DNA from: Guillardia theta CCMP2712
Taxonomy: Eukaryota; Protista; Cryptophyta
DNA length: 64,000 bases
Reading direction: 5' to 3'
NCBI RefSeq assembly: GCF_000315625.1
Contig: NW_005434627.1
Coordinates: 397,295 to 461,294 of the forward strand
Both the position numbers and the translations under genes were made by a program. The notes below the pieces were generated by a model, which did not search any database, was not told the origin of the DNA, and saw nothing but the letters and a program-made list of their open reading frames with translations. Within the stretch, counting starts at the first letter, position 1; each line of letters starts with the position of its first letter. Of the stretch, positions 30,151-42,405 are shown one piece after another.

Positions 30151-31525
30151 AGGAGTAAGGAGAGGCAGCCTGATGACAACGCGCATGCTCATGAGCGTAA
30201 CCGGAGGACAAGCGTCTCTCTTGCGCGCTCGTTCTCTTGATCATGATGCAGGCTGTATGAGACGCACAGCAGACGCCGATAGCCCAGGAGCAGGCCAGCA
30301 GCGCGACAGTGACAAGCGTGCGTCCTGATAGAACACTGTGAGCGCCCTCGTTTCAAGATGAGGGCAACGAGCACACGAACGAGGAAGAGTAGCAGGAGCA
30401 GCACGAGCAGGGGGCAGGGAGCAGCAGGAGCAGGGAGCAGCAGGATTAGGGAGCAGGGAGCAGGGAGCAGAACAAGGACTACCAGGAGCTCTCAGCAGCA
30501 TACAAGTGGACGACGAAAGGTGTACATCTTCCTCCCTGACGATGAGAAAGAGGCAAGCGATGAAGGCGGCCAGCTGCCTCTGGGGACCCGACAAGTTATA
30601 GGTGATATAGGTGGTTTCGCAATGATATAAATGCATCTCTCAACAATGAATTCACCCACTGTACATTCCCGATCCTGATCTGAATGCTGGTTTGTTGATC
30701 CTTCCCCTTATCATCCTCCTCAATGCACGTTGTCTCTTCATCTATAACCAACAGCACAACTCTCTACTCGTTCCTGCTCCTGCTCCTGCCCCCCCCCCCN
30801 NNNNNNNNNNNNNNNNNNNNNNNNNNNNNNNNNNNNNNNNNNNNNNNNNNNNNNNNNNNNNNNNNNNNNNNNNNNNNNNNNNNNNNNNNNNNNNNNNNNA
30901 TAATTGAGCTCTGGTCCTGGCTTTCTAGCCGTTTCCGAGTAATACTATAATATATCAATATCAGGCGCATTTTATTACTAAGCTTTTCTCTTAGTAAGAT
31001 GCGGGGTGGTCTGTGTGTTCTTGTTTTCGTGAGTGAGACGTGTTCAAATTAGCTACTTTCCCAGCTTCTAGCTCTATAGCGCGTGGGCTGCACGACTTGG
31101 CACTAGTTGCAATCGATTTCTTGGGATGGATTTGTATATATTGAGCTAAAATTACACCTATTCTAGAAAACTCGAAGTTGGTGTGTCCTTAAACGTCTAA
31201 GGCGTCTCCTTATTATTAGATTTCTTAAATCTAGGTTGTTCCTAGGCAGCCTTATAAGTAATCTTATCTACTTAGAGTCTTATAATTATAATCCCTCCTC
31301 CCCCCCCTTCCCCCCCCCTTCCCTCCCTCCCTCCCCCCGATCTTCTCCATCGCTACTCGGCCGCCATGCCAGCATACAAGCCTTCATCTTTACTCAAACA
31401 AAACTTTGCCGGGAATCCGTCCCTTTGAAATTGAATTAGCTAGAGCTCATAAACTACAAACGGGCCTGGCCGGGCCCGAGTCGGATCGGACCGTACGGCG
31501 GGCCGGGCCCGGCCCCGGCGACTCA

Positions 31526-31937
31526 GGGCCGTTTCACGCCGAGCCCAAAGCTCGAGTTTTTTCAGAAGTTTTAAATTCATTTGAAATTTACATGTTTTTA
31601 AAGCTGAAATTATCATGTGTAGCCCATGCTAAGGGTTCGATATTTCATAACAAACATCCCGGTATTTAAAGGCTATCATACAACCTAGGCTCCCTTTCAA
31701 TCTGATTTCAAACGATTAGTTTGACCAACTGTAGCCTCCACCCACCCCTTCTTTTGTTGAATTAAATTAAGGGTACTCATTTTGCTGACAAACTCGACCG
31801 CAACGGTTCACCATCTCGACCTTTGGAATTAAATTGTACTTTTATGTCATTGGGCCAGATGATTTCAATTTGTTTGAGTAAAAATAGTACCACGCTTGCT
31901 GACAAACTCGACCATTGGGCTCGGCGTGAAACGGCCC
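31526..31937. mobile_element. Non-autonomous PIF/Harbinger-type (Tourist-like) MITE, 412 bp
   Basis: Perfect 23-bp TIRs GGGCCGTTTCACGCCGAGCCCAA (31526-31548) and its reverse complement (31915-31937). 3-bp TSD TCA at 31523-25 and 31938-40. AT-rich interior with an internal direct repeat ttgctgacaaactcgacc. Confidence 0.88.
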
Positions 31938-33302
31938 TCAGTCGTCACGGACCCCAGCCGGCCCGGGACTGCAATGCACTCTCACTCGGATCCAGACTCC
32001 AGACAGTTCGTTCGGAAACTTCTTGATTCGGAACCCGGATTGACCGTCACTGAAAGCGTCAAGGACGGAGTAGCCGAAATTGTAATATTTAGATTTCAAA
32101 TCTCCAAGAAAAATTTCAAACAATTGGTTGTTCACCCCCTATGAAAATTGAAGTCTCAAAGGCTCACTCTATCATCGGCCCCACCGTCAAGAAAGAAGTA
32201 AGAAATTAGGAGTGTATATTTGTGTTTTAAAGTAATACCGAGACGATAGAATCCGTACAATTTCCTTGATACAATTCTGGTATATGTAAGTGAATACTGA
32301 GGAAAGGTACCGAGTATATAAAACTTGTAGCCAAAGAATTGGTACAGAATGTAATTATAACAGTACAAAAATCTCGACCGCGGTAGTGAGCTAAATGTAT
32401 TGTAGAATTAGTACAGTTTTTGTTGATTTATTATTACTTGTTGAAAGCGTTAGAAACCTGTCAGGAGGTCCACCCCTGGCTCTCAAGAGCCGTCGTGGGT
32501 GGGTTATTGAATGAGTGGGGGTAAGGGTCATCGAAATGAAAACAAGATTTCATTAGTTTCAAATATTTATCCCAGTACCCGTAAGTAGATGGGTAATTTT
32601 AGGGGTACTATTGTGCTATAGAGCTGAACATGGGCATTGAATTGACAGATGAATGTGAAATGTCTTTCCATGTTTGTTGCAAGGGTGGGTAGGAAGGGGT
32701 AGGGTGGAAGGGGTGGGGTTACAAAGAGAGAGGGGCGAAGTAGAGAGGGCAGGCATGCGGCACGCGGCTGTAGGATGATGATGGTGGAGAGGCGAGGAGG
32801 GACGAGGGAAGGAGGGAAGGGACTGCACTTGACAAGGAGGAGAGGATGGGAGTGATCACAGAGAGCTAGATCAGATCACGTGCGTCTTGAAGATGATCTG
32901 TATGTGTTCTTGATTGTTGAGGGATGTCAAGGACCAGGACAAATTCTGTTACGATTCACTCCCCTCGACTTCTTGGAACACATCTTTATCGTAGATCATC
33001 TCACATGGACCATGGAACGATGTTCTTGGTATGCCAATATTGTGCGCTGGTTGCCTTGGTGCAATGATTGAAGAAAGCTCGATAGAAAGAATTTCTGACT
33101 CTTACATCAAAAACACACGAGGAACGATATCACAGAATATGGAGGGCCTTCAGATTTTCCTGCTGATGTTGTCTCTTCCTGTCTGTCTCCCTGCCTTTTG
33201 TTGTTGTTGTTTGAACAATGAGGACCAGAACTTACCTGTACCAAAGACTCCCAGTTCTGTTGTGAGTGGACGTGGGATCTGAAACGAGTTATTACAGAAG
33301 AA

Positions 33303-34292
33303 ATGCTTTCCAAGACTGTTGCTTTCTCGGCTGTGATTGCCTCTGCGGCTGCCTTCTCCCCCGCTTCCTTGTCCGGGCTTCCCACCTCCCGCACCGGAGC
33401 CACCAGGTATAGATGTGTTGTGATGTTGACTGCTTCCCGACATGTTCTTGTACTCCGGTCGTCTCCTGCTTGTCTTCACTTTCATTGACGCACATTCTTG
33501 CAGCACCTGCATGGCCAACCGCTTCCCCCAGGGCGCTCCCTCCGGCGCTCCTCCCGCCGATCTCTTCAACATCTGGAGGGACGACTATATGCTGACCCCT
33601 CAGGAGGCTGCTGCTGAGGTGATTGCCCTTCCCCTTCCCCCCTCCTCCTACTGCTCCTGCTCCTGCTCCACCTACTGCTCTTCCCACTGTTCTTCCTCAT
33701 CGTTCCGATCCTGCTGCTGCTGCTCCTTCTTCCTCAGTCTCTTCATCTCCCTTCGACTCCTCCCAGTATCAGAACTCACTCGTATCGCAGGCTGCTGAGC
33801 GCAAGAGAAACACTCTCTTCGACGGCGTCCTCCCCCCATTCTCCAACATCGGCAACACCGAGCGTGGAGAAGGTGGAAGGGAGAATGCTTCTTCCACTAG
33901 AGGATGACTCTCCTGCAGACCTCGCCTCGCCCACCCTCCAGGGCTTGGGTGTCGCTCGTGACTTCTCCACCGCCAACCCCACCTCTGCCTACGACACCAG
34001 CTCCTTCGGAAAGGTCAGGAGGAGGAGGAGGGGGAAGGAGGAGGAAGTAACGTTGTTGCAGGCCGTCGTGATCAACCCGGACATCATTGCTAACCCCAAG
34101 ACCGGAGCTGGTCCTGAGCAGGCTGCCTTTGCGAAGAAGGGAGTCAAGGTATTTGAACCACTGAAAGCTCCTTCCTCTCTTCTCCTCTCCTCTCCTCTCC
34201 TCTTGCTCCCCCCTGATCCTCCTCTTGGCCCGGCCCTCAAGCTTGCATTTCAGGCCCCCAACCCTGTTAAGAGATTCTTCGGAAGGAAGTAA
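33303..34292 (+). CDS. Small nucleus-encoded plastid-targeted protein of unknown function (~150 aa precursor, 6 exons)
   Basis: Bipartite presequence MLSKTVAFSAVIASAAA|FSPASLSGLPTSRTGATSTCM. In-frame exons run to APNPVKRFFGRK-TAA. Strongly C-ending codons. Confidence 0.8.
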
Positions 34293-34448
34293 ACACTTTC
34301 TCTTTTCGTCCTACAGCAACAAGAACATCTCCCGAGATCTGAATAAAGAAGCATTTCTAGAACAAACTTCTCCTTCTCCTGATTGTTGTTGTTCTAAGAT
34401 TGCACCGAGAAGTTGTATTCCCATGAAACGTGTCACGATCTCACTAGT

Positions 34449-34708
34449 CTACTTCTCCTTCTCCGCCTTGATGGTTGCAACCTGAACAATGTCATAGCAA
34501 ATATCAAAAGCTTGCTTGACAACCTTCTTCGACAAGGCCACAATCGCCTCCTTAACAGCCTTGCGTTCGAGGACGGGTTGCTGTGAAGCGAGTGAGCATG
34601 GAGTAGATGAGAAGTTCTTGCCAACCTCGAAGGGAATGCGAAGAACACCTGAGTCAGATCCCCTTGCAACCCTACACATGTAAGTTAGAAGAAGATGACG
34701 ACGATGGA

Positions 34709-34739
<31 letters not shown>

Positions 34740-36075
34740 AAGATTGAGACACAACACAAATTATTCAACTTCATGTCGGTCACCTGACATCAAACCCGAG
34801 CTTGTCAAGTCGCTTCATCTCGATCTTGTCGATGGGATCCTGGCAAGGAATCGATAAGGTTTGTAAAGAGATGGTGAACGGGATCTAGGCGGCGGAGGAT
34901 GGGAGCAGGGAGCAGGAGGGAGGAGGGAGGAGGGAGGAGGGTAGAACATGATAAGTTGAAGGATCAAGTTGTTCTAGTTTACCTCCACACCCACGATGTA
35001 CTGCACGTATTCCTTCAAGGCGTCTACGTGATCCTGAGGAATGTGAGAGAAGGACAGGAGGTATGCGAAAAGAGGAGGAGGAGGAGGTGGTGGTGGTGGT
35101 GGGAGGAGGAGGAGGAGGAGGGAGGAGGANNNNNNNNNNNNNNNNNNNNNNNNNNNNNNNNNNNNNNNNNNNNNNNNNNNNNNNNNNNNNNNNNNNNNNN
35201 NNNNNNNNNNNNNNNNNNNNNNNNNNNNNNNNNNNNNNNNNNNNNNNNNNNNNNNNNTGGGGGAGCAGGAGCAGGAGAGCACCATCGAACTTCTTGGATT
35301 GAGTTGAGAGGACTGCGAATCCTTCCTTCTGCTCAGCAATACATCAGAACGGAAAACGAAGAGTTGAAGGAGGGGGGTGAGGAGGAGAAGAGAACCAAGG
35401 GAAGAAGCAGGAGGAAGAGGATGAGAATGAAGAAATGGGAAAGAATGGGGGAGGGGTTGGAGATGATGATGGTGGAGATTATGATAACGAGAAGGAGGAG
35501 GAGGAGGAGACGAGGAGGAGACGAGGAGGGGAGGGGAGGAGGAGAAGGAGGAGAAGGAGGAGGAGGAGGAGGAGGAGGAGGAGGAGAAGGAGAAGGAGAA
35601 GGAGGAGGAGGAGGAGGAGGAGGAGACGAGGAGGAGGAGGAGGGGAAGAGGAGGAAGAGATTGCCTGCTCCATGATCGTTCTGATCTCCTCAGCCCATGT
35701 CGGCCTCGGGCAAGATTCCTGGCAAATCACATCGAATCAAACCAAACCAACGGTCCTTGTGGGATGTGAGATCGAGATAATGGGTAGAAACTAGCTGACT
35801 AGCCGACTAGCTGTCCTTCTTTGTTGATTTCTTTGTTGATGATATCTTCCCCCTCAACACATGGCCGACGTTGCTGTTTGTTCTGACAGGAATTTGTTCT
35901 CGATACTCTCATGCCTCTCTTGTTCCTCCTCTTCATCCTCCACCTCCGTTGTCCTTGACATGTACGACCAGCTCTCAGCTCTCAGACCTGATGAGTGCGA
36001 ATAGCTTCACGCTTCCTTGCTGTTTCCGGATCCACGTTCTCAACCACAGTACCCTGAAAGAAACATCATAATTAT

Positions 36076-36132
<57 letters not shown>

Positions 36133-36566
36133 GACCATCATCATCATCATAACAATAACCATAATCATCATCATCATCATCGTGATTAACTACATCTACA
36201 TCGACATCTACATCATCACATTATTCTTATCATTGTCATCGAAAACAAATCATATCATCATATTCGAACAACCTTCACTGAGTGTCCTGGACGGCCTTGG
36301 GGGTTCTTTTCTTTGTCATTCTCTTCAAACTGTAAATTCGCGGCTCAATCGCTTTCACTCAGAATTTTCCATCACCAACCTTTGCTCCTGTAACAGAGTC
36401 CGAAGCAGACTGAGTTGGCACATTAAGTCAGAGGTGTGCGAGCAGAACCGCAACATGTACATCAATCAATCAATCAATCAATCATCATCACATCAATCTC
36501 CATCATCATCATCTCCATCATCAACAACACGGCATCATCAACAACACGGCATCATCAACAACACGG

Positions 36567-36632
<66 letters not shown>

Positions 36633-37177
36633 AGCAGCAGCAGCATTACTGGCACATCATGCAGCCATCAACACGCCAAGGGATTGAGACGCACCTGCTT
36701 GCGCAAGATCAAACTCCTGCCATCAACAAACAGACGTCAGGGACCACGACGTTCTCCTCAACTCATCAACCTGGGAAACGAGCCTCGAAGAACGCTCGCA
36801 GACGTCAGAGAAGTCCCTGCTCTCTCTCACAAATCGTTCAAGGCACAACCAGTCCCCACCTCTTGACTGTGGCAGAAGGAATCTGTTCACCGCAGCACCT
36901 GATACATCAATACCCTGGTCACCACACAAGCTTCGCCTGAGCGCTGAAACAAGTTGATGTCTCACCCGAGAATGCACGGCTGGTGGGCGTGACGGTAAGG
37001 AGGAGGAGGCAAGACAACGCAGGTGCGCGTCCAGGAGAAAACCTGGGATAGAAGAAATACCATTCTCAGTTTTCTGCAGAGCATACACCACCATGCATGC
37101 GCCCTCGCTGTTGGTCTCGCAATCTCAGACACAAGAAGATCAAGGAGGAGAGCAGGAAGTGGCTGGCTTGAAAGCAT
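34449..37177 (-). CDS. HugZ/HOZ-like split-barrel haem-binding protein with C-terminal DUF2470 (GluTR-binding-protein family); central exons lost in gap
   Basis: N-terminal exons AIRTHQ|ESCPRPTWAEEIRTIMEQ|KEGFAVLSTQSKKFDG. C-terminal exons DHVDALKEYVQYIVGVE|DPIDKIEMKRLDKLGFDV|VLRIPFE|QPVLERKAVKEAIVAL match the DUF2470 pattern (DH..D..G..lRipF). Possible signal peptide ending SRA|FS. Start uncertain. Confidence 0.72.
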
Positions 37178-37457
37178 GATGAACAAACGAAGCAAATCTC
37201 CACTTCTCTCTCAATCCTCCCCCCCTCCATTCTGCTCCACATAATCTTTGCGCTCCTTCTCTCCGCCAACAATACTAGATCTTGGCGCCCTCGGTTCTGT
37301 TCAAGCCCTCGATCCACTTCATCGCTCTCTCTCCTATCTTCCTGCGGGTACTCCTTCTCATTGTTCTCATCAGCCCCGCTCCTCTTCATTCTCCTCCTCT
37401 CCTTCTTACCTAGTCAGCATTTCGCCTTTATATCCTGCTAACAAGAATTTGCTACAA

Positions 37458-37682
37458 GCACCTGAGGCAGACTTGTTGTTCGTGGCAATTTTTACACCGA
37501 TCGGACCGGCGCCGCGGGCCGCCGCCGATCGGCCCGGCTGGGCCCGCCTGAGGCAGACTTGTTGTTGGGCCCGCCTGAGGCAGACTTGTTGCACCTGAGG
37601 CAGACTTGTTGTTCGTGGCAATTTTTACACCGATCGGACCCATTGGCGCCGCGGGCCGCCGCCGATCGGCCCGGCTGGGCCG
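37458..37682. repeat. Complex local tandem duplication
   Basis: An ~85-bp unit is repeated (37458-37544 and 37591-37682). The 18-mer CCTGAGGCAGACTTGTTG occurs four times (37461, 37547, 37574, 37594). Confidence 0.9.
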
Positions 37683-37689
37683 GATTACT

Positions 37690-39480
37690 AACTTAGTAAA
37701 CTCAGGCCAGTGATACCTTCACTCGGCAGCCAGACGGTTACTAATCCTGGACTCAGTCAGCATGTCACATGCCGTTTTTGACAATGATGGAATCAGTACC
37801 GGCGCTGCGGGGCCGCGCCCGGCGGGCCGTCCCGGCCGCGGGCCGCCTGACAGTGAGCAGCCTACTGCCAGGCTCAGCCTGTGAGTCACAGTGGCTGCCA
37901 GCCTGTCAGTGAGGCCCAACTGGCAATGATTGCCCGGGTTTCAAGTATGAGGCAAGTTTGGTAGTCACATGATCGCCGCTTGAAGTTCCCGAGTCTTCCG
38001 AGTCACAGCGGCCGCGTCACCATCGGATCGCCCCGCCGCGGGGCCGGGCGCCGCACTCCTGGCGGCAAGACATCATTGAATGCGGCGGCCGCGGCTGCCC
38101 GGGCCTGACCGTGCCGGCCAGCTGAGGCTCAGTGACCCGGTGCCTCAGCTGCCGACCCGGTCACGGGTACTGCTGAGTGCGACAGTCGGACGCCGGGTCC
38201 GATCGGCCCGGCGCGCTCAGGAGCCGGGCGGGCCGCCCGGCCGGCCGCCGCAGTGACTCGCCGGGCCCGGGGCCAGCGGCTGCCAGGCGGCCCGGAGGAG
38301 GCTGAGTCCGACCGTCCGACGAGCTGCAGTCACGGTGCAGCCGCCGCGGCCGCCGCGCCGGGACCCGGGAGTCGGCGGAGCCTGCGGCGGGTCACCGGGT
38401 GCCGACTCGGCGGCTGGCCCGGCACGCTCTCCGAGGCCGCCTGACCGTACTAGCCCGGCCTCTCAGAGTCAGTCGGATTGGCCTACCGGGTACTCGGCGG
38501 ATCACATCTGGCAACTTGCCAGCAAGTTCACTGACTCGTGAGGCTTTAAGACGGTTAACTTCGCCGCCAACCCGGGCAATTTTCGGAGTTTCAACGGTTC
38601 GGAGTAACTGAGCCTTCACCGTGACAATGATGCGCCGCGGAAAGATTCAACCGTGGTGCACTGTGGCTCGTTCTGATTCATGTTCAACTCATTACTGTGC
38701 CAGTGCCACTGCCGGGTGTCGGACACGGCCCGGCCGGCCGCGCTGGGCCGCGGCACGGTCGCTTTAACTCAGGCCCCCGCCGGCCCCGGGCCCGGCCCGC
38801 GGGCCGGGGCCCCAAAGCACGCGGCGCGCCGCCGCGCGGCCGGGCGCCGGGCCTGCCGGGGAGCCCTCTGGGGCGGGCTGTTGTAAAAGTACCCTACCCA
38901 TGTGGGAGAAGTTTTGAAGATCCTCCTACCCCACCCCATCGCACCCTCGAACTTCCGAATTGATTTTACTTTTGGCGACCCTTTTCATGTATCATAGACC
39001 CCCCTACCCCATGAATTATCTACCCCTACCCACCTATCGACATACAAACACCCCTCCCTTTACTCATCAAAGTACCCCCCCACCAAGTTTCATTTATAAT
39101 AGACTTTGATTACCCTGCCTCAAATCTCCTCATCCCTACCCTACCCCCTCGTCCTCCTACCCCTACCCCTACTCTTTTGATGGCTCCAACTCTTTATGAA
39201 ACAGACGACACTGACCCCACCCCTGGGTTGGCTGTATATAAATAGTACCGGTGGTATCGCAGTACCCCCCAATTTGATGAAAAAGTTGGGGTACTCATGG
39301 ACATTCACAAATCCCATCAACCATCAGCTGCGGAGGACCCCTGTCTCCCATATTTAACCCCTACCCCACCTTAACCCATGACTTCTTCTTTACAGTACCC
39401 CCTATTTAACCACAACCCCCATCACCCCCTACCCCTAGACTTACCTATCGCTCTACCACCCTACCCACCTTCGTGCAGGC
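37690..39480. other. Long CCGG/palindrome island (to ~38880) abutting a TACCCC-rich tract
   Basis: Same word vocabulary as 17320-18290, with a sharp switch to ctacccc/tacccc-rich AT-richer DNA at ~38885. Confidence 0.8.
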
Positions 39481-40495
39481 ACACGGCCGCTCCTTCCCCG
39501 ACGCCATGGAGGATGACATGGAGGGGGAGGAGGGAGTAGAGAGGAGGGGGGGGAGGCAAGCATGGCAGAGCTGAGAGGTCGATGATGCAGGAAAGCAAGA
39601 GGGTTGAAGAGCTGACGAGAAGGGTGGACAGCTGATGCTAGGGATGGCGATCAAGGTCTTGTCGTGGGTTGTGACGAATTTGCGAGAGCTACACGTGAGA
39701 AATGGGGATGGGAGAAGCAGAGAGCATACCGATGCAGAGTGAGGTGGAGTTGGGAAATACTGAACGTTAGAATGCTCCGAGACCATTGTTTCTTGCTTAT
39801 CAATGTCCGATGGAGCTGCCGAAGCATGTGACTGCACCTTGGTACTTCCATGGCGCGTTTATGAGCGTTGTGGTAGATGTGAGTAGGAGATTGTAGGGTG
39901 GAGGCAGGGATGGAAGTCAGAGATGTACAGGACATTGAAACGTATCATGTAGAACATAACCTTGATGCGATTGTAATGAGGATGATCAAACGTAGCGCTA
40001 TCGAGCTCCGATAACACGTCAGACTAAGGGGCAGACACTTGTAATGGCGTTTTGTTGGTGTCGGATTGCTCGAAGGTAGCAAGCAGTATGTTGCAGCAGC
40101 AGAATACAGCAGTCAAATACATCGTGATCGCGCACCACCACCTCTTCCTCTTCTTCATGCTTCTTGTTCGACCGCGTTTGATTTCTTTTGTTTCAGTGCT
40201 TGACCTCCGTCGACAACGCCGTTCTCCTCCTCCTCCTCCTCCTCCTCCTGACCTTCCTCTAGAGCCGTACCACTTCAGCTGCTGTGATATCATTCACCTG
40301 TGCTGAGAGGAGAAAGGAATACCGTCGCACTGCTGGGCTCGGTCACACCTGTGCTGCGGAGGAGCGTAAGGAGGTAGGATGGGAACTACCAGGACAGAGC
40401 TGAGGGACAGGACGGTCAAGCCAACGAAGGAGCACGCGAAACAGCAGGAGCAGCCGCGCCTGAGGATCCACGGCTCCAAGTTGTCCGCTATCAGT

Positions 40496-42405
40496 ATGAG
40501 CACGGCGTCGGTGATGCTGGTGTTCGTGGTTGGGCTGATCGCAGTTGTCGTCTCCTCCAACGCTGCAGTGCCGCTGGAGATGAAGAAGGATGTGCAGGAC
40601 AGCGAGCCTGACCTGAAGATGAACGAGATCCAGCACAAGATCATCGAGGCGGCAAAGGCTCGCAACTTTGACGACGTGCTTGTTCTGGCGGCCAAGGCCA
40701 AGAGGAACAAGGAGTTTGAGCAGGTGTACGACGAAATGAGGGCGTTCCATGGCTACTCCACCCTCCAGGTCGACGCCTTCTTCTCCTCCCTCATGATGAT
40801 CATCGTCTCCGAGCTCGGAGACAAGACGTTCTTCATCGCTGCCGTGCTCGCGATGAAGAACCCCCGTAGCACGGTCCTTGCCGGAGCCCTTGGAGGTTCG
40901 ATGCGTCCCCCGCCTCACTCCTTCCCCTCCCATCTCTCCGTCACTCCTTTCCTTCCCCTCCCTCTTCATCTCTTCCTCACTCCTTTCCCTCCCTTCTCAT
41001 CTCTCCCTCCCCTCACTTGTATCACCCTGCTCTGTCCTTCCATGATTGCCGTTGCCCGCAGCTCTCTGGGTCATGACGGTGCTTTCTGCTGCTGCTGGCT
41101 TCGCTCTCCCCAACCTTATCCCGAGGATGTACACCCACTACGCCTCCGTCTGCCTCTTCATCTTCTTCGGGGCGAAGCTGCTCAAAGGTGAAGGGAGGAG
41201 GAGGGACGGGGGCCTCTGACAGTCTGCCAGACGCCAAAGACATGCAGACGTCTGGGCCCAGCGAAGAGCTCGAGGAGGTAAAGATAAAGCCCGTGCCTAC
41301 TCCTCCTGCTCCTTGTCCTGGTCCTGGTCCTGGTCCTGGTCCTGGTCCTGGTCCTGGTCCTGGTGCATGTCCTGGTCCTGGTCCTGGTCCTGGTGTCCTC
41401 AACTCCCTTCTGCTCCTCCCCTGCTTCCAGGAGCATCCTGCTGTCCGCTTGCTGTTCTTCTGCCCTCCTCTTCTCATCTCCATCCCCAGGTCGAGGCGGA
41501 GCTGAACAAGACGGATAAGAAGAAGAACACAGATCTTGAATCAGGTGCCTCACCCTCTCTGATGTAAACCCGGGAACTAACCGATGACTCTCCCCTTTCT
41601 CCTTCCTATTTCCCTCCTGCTCCTCCTGCTCCTGCTCCTCCTGCTCCTGCTCCTCCTGCTCCTCCTGCTCCTCCTCCTCGTCGTCGTCGTCTCCCCGTCT
41701 TTGTCTCTTGCTCCTCCAGAGAATGGGTTGGTAGCGGGGACGCTCAGCAACGGCGTCCTCTGGCAAGGTAGCATATTGCTGGATCGTTCCTTCCCTCCTG
41801 ATCAGCTCTCCCTGCAGCGTTCACCTTGACGTTCCTTGCCGAGTGGGGAGATCGATCGCAGATCGCGACCATAGCGTTGGTAAGCCTGCTGCTGCTGCTG
41901 CTGCTGCTCCTCCTCCTCCTCCTCCTCTTCCTCGTTCTCGTGCTCTGCTTGACTTCGCTTTCTCAGGCCGCGCAGAAGGATCCGATCGGAGTGACAGTCG
42001 GAGGTGAAGAGAGTTTTGACTCCTCCGCTCCTTCCCTTGTTGCCCCTCTTTTCCTTGCCATCCCTCTTCCTGTCTCCCTCCCCTGTCTCCCTCCCCTCTC
42101 TCGTTCCTGCACTCTCCTCCTTTCTTCTCTATCCGCCTCCCCACTCTCTCTTTCCCCTTCCCCTCTCCCCTTCCTCAAACTCTTGTCAGGCATCGTGGGG
42201 CATGCCGCGTGCACGGCGCTAGCAGTGATGGGAGGCAGGATGCTTGCAGCAAGGTTAGCGGCCCGGCTCTCTCAGCAGGGCAGCAGCATCCTAACGCCCT
42301 TGTAGGATCTCAGAGAGGACAGTAGCGATATCAGGAGGCCTGCTCTTCCTCGTCTTCGCCATCCACGGCCTCTGGCAAGGAGGCTCGTCGCTCAACAACG
42401 CGTGA
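40496..42405 (+). CDS. GDT1: GDT1/TMEM165 (UPF0016) Ca2+/Mn2+ transporter, secretory-pathway type
   Basis: Both signature motifs SELGDKTFFIA and AEWGDRSQIAT are present, plus GHAACTALAVMGG and ISERTVAISGG. Signal peptide starts at ATG 40496; an upstream in-frame ATG lies at 40379. Confidence 0.93.

Noticed and set aside
37458-37682. CRISPR-like recurrence of an 18-mer
   Set aside because: Intervals are irregular (86, 27, 20 bp), the intervening sequence is itself duplicated, no cas genes are present and the context is eukaryotic.
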